The notes beneath the pieces are model-generated. The model saw nothing but the letters and a program-made list of their open reading frames with translations. It had not been told where the DNA came from and did not search any database. DNA of 64,000 nt from an uncultured Gammaproteobacteria bacterium (GTDB lineage Bacteria > Patescibacteriota > Microgenomatia > Levybacterales > GWA1-39-11): NCBI GenBank assembly GCA_964452165.1, contig CAYVKP010000001.1, positions 76,110-140,109 on the forward strand. The letters run 5' to 3'. A program made the position numbers and the translations under genes. Below are positions 26,853-34,713 of this stretch, piece after piece; the first letter of the stretch is position 1, and every line of letters begins with the position of its first letter.

Positions 26853-27821
26853 ATGGGAAACAAACTTGTAAAATACGTTTTGCAAAACCAGTTTTTAGTT
26901 GCAATCTTAGTTGTTGCGACGGCCTGGTTAATCATTGAAATAAGAGAAGTTCTAATTGCAATATTTGTATCCTACATCTTAATGGCAGCAATCTCCCCTT
27001 ACGTTGAGTTCCTGCAGAGAAACAAAGTGCCAAGACCAATTGCTATTCTAATCCCTTATCTATCGGCCTTTATCTTATTGATACTTCTAGTAGTATCTCT
27101 CCTTCCATTTTTTGTAAGCCAGATACAAAGCCTTGTAGAACATTTTCCTTTTTACCTGGATCAGGCAATAGGTGCTCTTAATCTGTCTTTGAACCGAGAT
27201 CAGCTTAACTCCTTCGCATTCTCGGGAATTGGGAACGCTTTTTCTATAACCGGTAAGGTTTTTGGGGGACTTTTTTCGGGCATCTCTGTCTTTGTGATAT
27301 CTTTTTATCTCTTGTTTTACAAAAACACTGTCAAGAACAACTTTGCCTCGATTTTTCCAAAATCTTCCCGTGATAAAGTTTTGGTAGCGATGACCCAAGC
27401 TGAGGACAAGCTTGGAAATTGGCTAAGAGGCCAAATAATATTGTCGGGATTTATAGGGGTCTTTACTTGGGTTATCTTAACCCTACTGGGGGTAGAATTT
27501 GCCTTACCGTTAGCCGCCCTGGCAGGACTTTTGGAGATAGTGCCAACAATAGGTCCTGTGATTGCCGCTATTCCTGCCGTAGTCGTTGCCCTCACGGTAT
27601 CTCTCCCGCTTGCCGCAATCGTGGCATTTTCATACATCTTAATCCAATTCTTTGAAAGTCATGTCCTGGTACCTAGAATTATGCAGAAAGCCGTAGGACT
27701 TAATCCAATCGTAATTATTGTGGGGATCATAACCGGAGGCAAACTCTTGGGACCAATAGGCGCTCTCCTTGCAATACCGTTTATCTCGCTTCTTATAATC
27801 ACCTACAAAAACCTAGAATAA
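26853..27821 (+). CDS. AI-2E (UPF0118) family transporter
   Basis: Eight TM helices with the characteristic PF01594 layout. Confidence 0.8.
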   Translation: MGNKLVKYVLQNQFLVAILVVATAWLIIEIREVLIAIFVSYILMAAISPYVEFLQRNKVPRPIAILIPYLSAFILLILLVVSLLPFFVSQIQSLVEHFPFYLDQAIGALNLSLNRDQLNSFAFSGIGNAFSITGKVFGGLFSGISVFVISFYLLFYKNTVKNNFASIFPKSSRDKVLVAMTQAEDKLGNWLRGQIILSGFIGVFTWVILTLLGVEFALPLAALAGLLEIVPTIGPVIAAIPAVVVALTVSLPLAAIVAFSYILIQFFESHVLVPRIMQKAVGLNPIVIIVGIITGGKLLGPIGALLAIPFISLLIITYKNLE

Positions 27822-30227
27822 TTTTATTTTGTCCTGTATTTGGGAGTTTGCAACATAGAATAGCGTAGCCAAAAAGACGATTAGTATCCCGAGTGGCAGC
27901 AATGCAAATTTACCCGATGGTAACTTCTCCGTTCTTACCGCCTTAAACTCAAATGGCTTATCCTGCTTGAGAAGAATCTTTGAAATCCAGAAAGGAACAT
28001 AAGACATCAGGCCAGTTAATAATCCCGAGCTGTATCTCCTGCCTGAGGAATAGACGAGTAGACCTGTGTCTATCTTTACCTCTCCCACTTTTCTAAGTTT
28101 TTGAGATAGATCTATGTCTTCCCCCATCTTAAGAGTCGGATCAAATCCGCCGATTTTAAGAAATGCACTTTTTCTGGCAGACATATTAAAGCCAATTAGG
28201 TTCCAGCCTCCGGCGACTAATTTATCAAATCTCCAAAAGAGAGGAGAGATAAACCTACCCGCGGTTCTTGCCGTTAGGGGGCCTGAGTAGAGCAGGTTAA
28301 GACCTCCAAATCCAGATAGGTTTTTGTTCTTCTCGTATTCCTCGACTATTCTCGCTATCCAATTTTCAGGCACAACGGTATCTGCGTCTGTTGATACAAT
28401 TATTTCGCCTTTTGCGGCAAAGAAGCCTGCCTGCCTTGTCGCGGAAACTCCAGCAACGTGTTCGCGCAAGACTTTTGCGCCGAACCTTCTGGCAACCTCA
28501 CCGGTATTGTCGGTTGAGTTGTTGTCTACAACTATGATCTCGAAATTTTTATAGGTTTGGTTGAGAAGGCTTTTTAGTGTTGGTTCTATGAACTCTGATT
28601 CGTTGTAGGCCGGAACCACAACGCTTACCTTGGGATTTTCAGGATTCTCGTGTTTTAGCTCACGAGTGCTGATGTAAAATTTGGGCCTATCCTTTGTCCT
28701 GGTGTTAAAAAGAATTATGGGTAAAATGCCGGCGGCAAGTATTGGAATCAAATTCAAGGGATTCCAATAGTCAAGATAATTTGTGTGATATGAAAGCAGA
28801 GACCAGGCCTCGTTAGCAATCAGGCCGATTCCGACGCCTAGAATTGCAAGAGGAAAAAATCCGGGGGTTCTTTTCCGAACAAGCAGTGCCAAGAATATAA
28901 GGATCAAGAAAAGACCAAAGCTGGCATGGGGAAAAATCTGATTCCCCAAAATTACCTGAGGATAAGTTTGAGTATGAAAGAACAAGCTCAAAAGTCGAGA
29001 CGAAATTACTGTCAAAAAGAAAGAGATATTAACAAGAAACGCTCTTTCGCCTCTGGCATTTGAGCCCATTATTTTTCCAACGCTTTCCTTGTTGTATTTA
29101 TCCAAAACCTCAAAATATACGTTCTCAAGCGAGTCAACTGTATTTTTGACCGAGAATGTTTGCGCACTCTCAAAAGCATATTGACCCATTTGTTTTCTGA
29201 GGTCTTTGTTCTCAAGTATTGAGAGCGTTTTCAGAGCAAACTCTTTTGGATCCTTTTCAACAAGATATCCGTTCTTACCGCTTTCTATACACTCAAAAGC
29301 CGGATCGTCAACGGCAACCACCGGCACTCCTGAGGCAAGGGCTTCGGGGACCACCAGTCCCTGTGTCTCGGTTGTTGATGAAAAAACAAAAACCTCCGCA
29401 TCTTTGTAGACTTTTCGCATCAGAGACATGTCTATGTGCCCCAGAAAATGAATATTTGATAGAACCTTAAGTTTTGAAGCCAGATTCTCAAGTTTTTTCC
29501 TATCAACTCCATCTCCCACAATAACAAATTGCGTGGAAGGCAAGTTGTCGTGAACATACTTGAAACTTCTTATCAAAAAGTCCACTGACTTTTCCCTACC
29601 AAGTCTTCCCACAAATAGAATTATTGGGTCTTTTTGATTTTTAATTTTTTCTCGCAGGAATCCTTTCTCCTCATTCTTAAAAGCCTCAACGTCAATTCCG
29701 GACGGAACAACTTCAACAGGCTTCTTGACACCATATGATCGCAGCTCTTTTTCAACCCGTCCTGTGGGAGCAATAAGAAAGTCTGTTTGATTGCCGAAAA
29801 TCTTTGTAGCACGCTCCATAACGCGTGGTCCTACAACTTTTCCTTTCAAAAAATAATGCGTATATCGATTCCAAAGCGTGTGATAAGTTACAACAAAAGG
29901 AATTTTTTTAGCGCGTGCAACTTCCCACCCAAGAAGCGTCGTGGGTCCTCCGCTGTGACCGTGAATTATGTCAAAATCCATGGACATAATCTTGCGAAGC
30001 GCTTTGTCGGGAAGATTGAGAGAAATTCTTGTCTCCGGGGTCTTGTGAACCTTAAGCGAGGTTAGCCTTATAACTTTTTTGTTGCGATCAACGTATCCAG
30101 GGTATTTGGGAGCTATGATATAAACTTCATGTCCGCGCCTTTCAAGTTCTTTTGCTGATTCCAAAACTGAGGTTGTAACACCATGTGGCTGTGGTAAAAA
30201 CCCGTCTGTGAAAAAACCTATTCTCAT
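27813..30227 (-). CDS. multidomain glycosyltransferase: N-terminal GT4 (GT-B), central polytopic TM block, C-terminal GT2 (GT-A)
   Basis: GT4: MRIGFFTDGFLPQPHGV ... EGFGLVVPEALASG-like. GT2: VSVVVPAYNESEFIEPTLKSLLNQTYKNFEIIVVDNNSTD. Several TM helices lie between the two domains. Confidence 0.8.
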   Translation of the reverse strand: MRIGFFTDGFLPQPHGVTTSVLESAKELERRGHEVYIIAPKYPGYVDRNKKVIRLTSLKVHKTPETRISLNLPDKALRKIMSMDFDIIHGHSGGPTTLLGWEVARAKKIPFVVTYHTLWNRYTHYFLKGKVVGPRVMERATKIFGNQTDFLIAPTGRVEKELRSYGVKKPVEVVPSGIDVEAFKNEEKGFLREKIKNQKDPIILFVGRLGREKSVDFLIRSFKYVHDNLPSTQFVIVGDGVDRKKLENLASKLKVLSNIHFLGHIDMSLMRKVYKDAEVFVFSSTTETQGLVVPEALASGVPVVAVDDPAFECIESGKNGYLVEKDPKEFALKTLSILENKDLRKQMGQYAFESAQTFSVKNTVDSLENVYFEVLDKYNKESVGKIMGSNARGERAFLVNISFFLTVISSRLLSLFFHTQTYPQVILGNQIFPHASFGLFLILIFLALLVRKRTPGFFPLAILGVGIGLIANEAWSLLSYHTNYLDYWNPLNLIPILAAGILPIILFNTRTKDRPKFYISTRELKHENPENPKVSVVVPAYNESEFIEPTLKSLLNQTYKNFEIIVVDNNSTDNTGEVARRFGAKVLREHVAGVSATRQAGFFAAKGEIIVSTDADTVVPENWIARIVEEYEKNKNLSGFGGLNLLYSGPLTARTAGRFISPLFWRFDKLVAGGWNLIGFNMSARKSAFLKIGGFDPTLKMGEDIDLSQKLRKVGEVKIDTGLLVYSSGRRYSSGLLTGLMSYVPFWISKILLKQDKPFEFKAVRTEKLPSGKFALLPLGILIVFLATLFYVANSQIQDKIKLF

Positions 30228-30251
30228 GTAGCTTAATTATACCTAAAAAGT

Positions 30252-30407
30252 TTACTCACAGCACGGATCTTTGTAGCCACAATTCTTGCAAACTGCATCT
30301 CGACCTCCACTCATCGCTCCAATTATTTCTCCGCAACATGGACAATTCTGAAGTGGCATTCCAAATATACTTCTAACATCAATTTGCTCGTCAAGAGAAG
30401 TATTCAT
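30252..30407 (-). CDS. small zinc-ribbon protein (51 aa), not in the ORF track
   Basis: MNTSLDEQIDVRSIFGMPLQNCPCCGEIIGAMSGGRDAVCKNCGYKDPCCE; CPCC...CKNC; sits in the gap upstream of dnaA. Confidence 0.3.
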   Translation of the reverse strand: MNTSLDEQIDVRSIFGMPLQNCPCCGEIIGAMSGGRDAVCKNCGYKDPCCE

Positions 30408-30448
30408 CTGTCTTCAGGTTAGCATATTTTCTGATCCAGTTGCACCCC

Positions 30449-30478
30449 TTGACAAAAAGTTATCCACATTCGTATACT
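30449..30478 (+). promoter_or_regulatory. dnaA promoter (TTGACA-18-TATACT) with a consensus DnaA box TTATCCACA (30460-30468) in the spacer
   Basis: Direct read; a second weaker box TTATCCTGC lies at about 30491. Confidence 0.55.
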
Positions 30479-30517
30479 GTGACCCTCGCGTTATCCTGCC
30501 AAGAACGCCCCACACGT

Positions 30518-31861
30518 ATGGAAGATCTTTGGAAACAAGTATTAGCAGAGATTCAAGTAGAGGTCTCAAAGCCTATCTTTCTGACATTCTTTAAGCCAAC
30601 AACTCTTGTATCCGTAGCAAATTCCATAGCAACAATTGATGCTCCAACCCACATAACAGCTGACTACATAGAAAGGAGATACTATTCACTGATTAAAAAA
30701 TCTCTTGATAAAAAAACCGGAGAAAACTTAAGCCTTGTCTTTACTTCGGAGGGGAATGCCTCTAGAAAATCTGTGAAGAAAGAGGAGGGTCCTCTTTTTG
30801 TATCGGAAAATCGCAAGCCACAACTCGCAAGAAGGCCTGCCAGAATAAGATCCGATTATACTTTCGAATCCTTGGCAGTGTCTGAGAGCAATCAGCTTGC
30901 CTATACCGCTGCTCTAACTGTTGCTTCAGATCTTGGAAGCAAATACAACCCGCTCTTTCTCTACGGTAGTGTTGGTGTAGGCAAAACTCATCTCATGAAC
31001 GCTGTAGCAAACAAAGCCTGCGACCAAAACGAGCACTGCAAAATTGTTTATCTAACAACTGAAGAGTTCACCAATGAAGTAGTTGAGGCAATAATGGAAA
31101 AGACAACCGGACAACTGCGTAAAAAATTTAGGAACGTAGATCTGCTACTTCTTGATGACATTCAGTTTTTAGCAGGAAAAGAGAAGGTCCAAGAAGAACT
31201 CTTTCACACATTTAACACTCTCGTTGATCGTGGTGGTCAAATAGTTTTTTCTTCAGATAGACCACCTTCTGAAATTAGAAAAATTGAGGCAAGGCTTGCA
31301 TCCCGATTTGAAGGAGGGTTATCAGTAGACATAGAGCCTCCGGATTTTGAGCTAAGAACGGCAATTCTTCTTATTAAAAGCAGGAAATACGGGCTAAGCC
31401 TTAGCCTTGATGCTGCAAAAGCCGCTGCCGAGAAGATTGAAGATACCCGCGCGCTTGAGGGATTTTTATTAAGAGTATCATCTATCATAACGGATAAGAC
31501 AAAAGAAATTTTAGTAGAAGACATAGCTTCAATTCTTGAAAAAAACAAGCCTACGTCAACCATCCTGAGGCCCGATTCAATAATTTCTACTATATGCTCG
31601 TTTTACAACCTAAAGCCAACTCAGCTTAAGGGGGCCAAGAGAGATTCTTATCTCGTTGGACCGAGACACGTATGCATGTTTATCTTGAAGGAAGAGGCTG
31701 GCCTAACGTATGTTGAAATAGGGAATTTATTGGGTGGCCGTGATCATACAACAGTTATGCACGCTGTGGAAAAGATTAGGGAGATGAGCGCAAATTCTGA
31801 TAAAATTCGTGAGGAAATAATGTTTATAAAGAAGAAATTAAAAGAAGATAGTCTAGGATAA
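30518..31861 (+). CDS. dnaA: chromosomal replication initiator DnaA
   Basis: N-terminus MEDLWKQVLAEIQ, AAA+ GSVGVGKTHLMNAV, and C-terminal DnaA-box-binding HTH (DHTTVMHAVEKI). The track ORF starts at 30440, but ATG 30518 fits the DnaA N-terminus. Confidence 0.9.
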   Translation: MEDLWKQVLAEIQVEVSKPIFLTFFKPTTLVSVANSIATIDAPTHITADYIERRYYSLIKKSLDKKTGENLSLVFTSEGNASRKSVKKEEGPLFVSENRKPQLARRPARIRSDYTFESLAVSESNQLAYTAALTVASDLGSKYNPLFLYGSVGVGKTHLMNAVANKACDQNEHCKIVYLTTEEFTNEVVEAIMEKTTGQLRKKFRNVDLLLLDDIQFLAGKEKVQEELFHTFNTLVDRGGQIVFSSDRPPSEIRKIEARLASRFEGGLSVDIEPPDFELRTAILLIKSRKYGLSLSLDAAKAAAEKIEDTRALEGFLLRVSSIITDKTKEILVEDIASILEKNKPTSTILRPDSIISTICSFYNLKPTQLKGAKRDSYLVGPRHVCMFILKEEAGLTYVEIGNLLGGRDHTTVMHAVEKIREMSANSDKIREEIMFIKKKLKEDSLG

Positions 31862-31993
31862 AAAGATGAAAATACAATATCAACAAACAATACACATTTT
31901 TATCAACAGGTTTTCCACATTTTTGAGAGCACCGGTTTTTGCTTTAATCCACATATCCACCTATACTACTACTATTACTAAGATAAATAATAT
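31862..31993. other. candidate oriC/DUE region between dnaA and dnaN
   Basis: AT-rich 132-bp spacer with DnaA-box-like 9-mers (TTTTCCACA, TTAATCCACA, TATCCACCT) and an AT-rich run (tactactactattactaagataaataatat). Confidence 0.5.
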
Positions 31994-33097
31994 ATGAAAG
32001 TAGAATTTTTAATAGAAAACATTGAGGAGTTTTTGCCAACCATTGCAAAAGTTCTTCCTGTTCATTCCCAAATTCCAGTACTTTCAAACTTACTTATAGA
32101 AGCAAACGAAAAAGGATTATTTCTTTCTGCAACAAATCTGGAGATAGGAATAAGAGTAAAGATTCCAGCAAAAATAGAAGAAGGTGGAGCAACTACGGTC
32201 CCGGGTAAGCAATTCATTGAGGCCTTGTTAAGTCTTCCCAAGGATAAAGTTATTTTAAGTCAAGAAAAGGATAATTTAGTTCTTAAATCAAGAGGAAGCA
32301 GTATAAGTTTTCAGACTATCTCAAGGGATGAGTTTCCAACACTACTTGAAAATATTGGAGAAAAGACTCATGTGTTTGCAGAAGGAGAATTGAGTAGGGT
32401 TTTCTCTAAGGTTATTTTTGCTGTTTCCCTGGATGAGTCAAGGCCTGAGCTTACGGGCATATTGATAGCACAGAAGAAAGAGAGAATAGACTTTGTTGCA
32501 ACGGATGGGTTTAGGTTGTCTTTGAAAAAACTTGTAGGTAAAAAGATTTTTACAGAAGAGAGAAGCCTTATAATTCCGGCAAGAATAATAGCAGAAGTGA
32601 TGGGTTTTAAAACAGGGGGTAATGTTGCTATGTATCTTTATGGGAAAACGAATCAAGTGGTATTTGAAACAGAAAATGCAGTTTTGGTGGGGCGCTTGAT
32701 AAGCGGAGACTTTCCAAATTACGAGAGAGTTGTTCCATCAAAAAATAAAACTAAAATTACGCTGGACCGCGAGGAATTCGTTCAAAAACTTAGGCTTGCC
32801 TCGGTTTTTGCAAGAGATGCTGCAAATATTGTAAAAGTTAAAATAGAAAAAGAAGAGATGGGTATATTCTCCAAAGCCTCCGGGGTAGGAGAGGGGGAGG
32901 TTACTCTTGAGGTTGAAAAAGAAGGAGAAGACAACGAGATATCTTTTAACGTGAAGTTTTTAACGGATTTGCTAAAAAATCTTTCTAGTAAAACCGTTCA
33001 CGTAGAACTTTCCTCACCTGTTGAGCCGGCTGTATTTAAGATAGATGATGACCCGGACTTTCTCCATATAATAATGCCTGTAAGGATCCAGGATTAA
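31994..33097 (+). CDS. dnaN: DNA polymerase III beta sliding clamp DnaN
   Basis: Three-domain clamp pattern; position immediately after dnaA. Confidence 0.9.
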   Translation: MKVEFLIENIEEFLPTIAKVLPVHSQIPVLSNLLIEANEKGLFLSATNLEIGIRVKIPAKIEEGGATTVPGKQFIEALLSLPKDKVILSQEKDNLVLKSRGSSISFQTISRDEFPTLLENIGEKTHVFAEGELSRVFSKVIFAVSLDESRPELTGILIAQKKERIDFVATDGFRLSLKKLVGKKIFTEERSLIIPARIIAEVMGFKTGGNVAMYLYGKTNQVVFETENAVLVGRLISGDFPNYERVVPSKNKTKITLDREEFVQKLRLASVFARDAANIVKVKIEKEEMGIFSKASGVGEGEVTLEVEKEGEDNEISFNVKFLTDLLKNLSSKTVHVELSSPVEPAVFKIDDDPDFLHIIMPVRIQD

Positions 33098-33098
33098 T

Positions 33099-33563
33099 CT
33101 AGAGGCCTGTTTTGTAGTCGATTGGATAGGTTGATAGGTTAACCCCAAAACCGCTCAAGGTTTGTGTAACAGCGTTCTTTATTTGGGTAACATCGTTACT
33201 GCTCAGTCTGTTTGATGCATCGTAAATTTTTGCCGTAAACCTCTTGGTTTTTATATCAAAGTAAACAAAGTAATTGTCTGTTTGAATAGGAAGCTTTGAG
33301 TACCATGGATATTGGGAGTAGATTTTTGCGACCTGGTCGGAAAAGTTTTTATCAGCTGTTTCCTGCGCGTTTTGATTTTGAGGAGACGAGCTTGACGGAA
33401 GCGTCTCGGGAGTCACTTCTATTCTTTGTTTGGCGGCAGGTTTGGCTGTGGGTTTTGCCCCACTTATAAAAACGTAGACCACGAATAGAGTCACTATCGT
33501 TACAACCGATGCCGCTATAAAAATAATTCTTTTTTTGGCGTCCATATTATTGTGTTGTTCCAA
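33099..33563 (-). CDS. hypothetical exported/TM-anchored protein (T4SS-like locus)
   Basis: N-terminal TM helix; no domain recognised. Confidence 0.45.
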   Translation of the reverse strand: MEQHNNMDAKKRIIFIAASVVTIVTLFVVYVFISGAKPTAKPAAKQRIEVTPETLPSSSSPQNQNAQETADKNFSDQVAKIYSQYPWYSKLPIQTDNYFVYFDIKTKRFTAKIYDASNRLSSNDVTQIKNAVTQTLSGFGVNLSTYPIDYKTGL

Positions 33564-34260
33564 ATCCCATAACAGAATACGTTGAAGGACTTGTTAGCAG
33601 GCCTTTAATAGTCCAGGAATCTACAGGATATGAAAGCACTTTCCCCCCGCTTGCAGGTGAGATATTTGCGTCATACGTTTCAAGTGTTCCGTCTCCATGA
33701 GTATTCACGTTTATTGATTTTATTATAGCCGCATGGTCAAATGACCCAATAGTTGTTGATCCGGGGACTGCCTGAAAGAAAATTGCATATCCGGGCTTTG
33801 CTTGGCTAAGAGCAGAGGAGTGGCTACCTGAATAATAGTCCAGGAATTTATATCCTGCATTACCCCGGAAATAGTTCATAAGGTTGACTGCTCCTCCATG
33901 GTTTTGGCGACTGGTCCCCGAGAAACCGGCTAAATTATAGGAATCAATTACAAGATATGTGCACCAATATTTATTGGCAGAACTTGTCCCGGGACTTTGT
34001 GCTGTGGTGTACGAGCCATTGCTGATCTGACTTACCATCTTGTCATATGACCCGTCGTATCCTATCTCAAGCACAGCGCTAATTTTTTCAGTCCAAGAAA
34101 TAACTCCGGAAGAATTCTTGGAGGGTTGGCTTTGAGGATTTCCAATTCGAGTCTCTATGGTGTTGCTGTTTGTTTGAAGTTGCTGTGCCTGGGCCTGTTT
34201 AGCCGATAAAAAAACCAGCCCCAATACGATTAATATAGCTATTCTCTTCATTGTTGGCAA
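33547..34260 (-). CDS. secreted CHAP-domain (Cys/His amidohydrolase) protein, putative peptidoglycan hydrolase
   Basis: Signal peptide; NKYWCTYLVIDSYN (catalytic Cys) and FDHAAII (His) in CHAP-like spacing. Confidence 0.55.
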   Translation of the reverse strand: MPTMKRIAILIVLGLVFLSAKQAQAQQLQTNSNTIETRIGNPQSQPSKNSSGVISWTEKISAVLEIGYDGSYDKMVSQISNGSYTTAQSPGTSSANKYWCTYLVIDSYNLAGFSGTSRQNHGGAVNLMNYFRGNAGYKFLDYYSGSHSSALSQAKPGYAIFFQAVPGSTTIGSFDHAAIIKSINVNTHGDGTLETYDANISPASGGKVLSYPVDSWTIKGLLTSPSTYSVMGFGTTQ

Positions 34261-34709
34261 AAGCTTAAAGGATAAGATTTCCCTGAAAAATCCGGATTTG
34301 CGTAATATGGCGTTGTGATTTCAACGTTTGCTTGGCATGCCGCAGCCTGGCTCATGCCGGTTTTTTCAAGAAATATTTTCTCGGCCTCTTGTCGCAAAGA
34401 CTCAAAGGGAGAACCCGTAATACTTATCATAAAATTATTAAATTTTTCAAAATACATAATTTGATACTTGTTGGGCTCATCAATAATGTACACGTCTCTT
34501 TGTTTGTCGATTTTGGCAGCACCCTTGTAGAAGTTTTTAATAGGCGTACCGGAAAGACTTAGCGTATCGCTTTGTGGAATTGTGGGGGTTGCGTTCACGT
34601 TGTTGGGCTGGTTTGTTTTTGGTTGCTTGATGCTTGACAAGAAAGCAAACAGGATTACTATTCCAAAGAGCGTGACAATAATTGTTGCAACGAATACAAG
34701 CTTTTTCAT
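34248..34709 (-). CDS. hypothetical exported protein
   Basis: Signal/TM N-terminus; no domain recognised. Confidence 0.45.
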   Translation of the reverse strand: MKKLVFVATIIVTLFGIVILFAFLSSIKQPKTNQPNNVNATPTIPQSDTLSLSGTPIKNFYKGAAKIDKQRDVYIIDEPNKYQIMYFEKFNNFMISITGSPFESLRQEAEKIFLEKTGMSQAAACQANVEITTPYYANPDFSGKSYPLSFCQQ

Positions 34710-34713
34710 TTCA

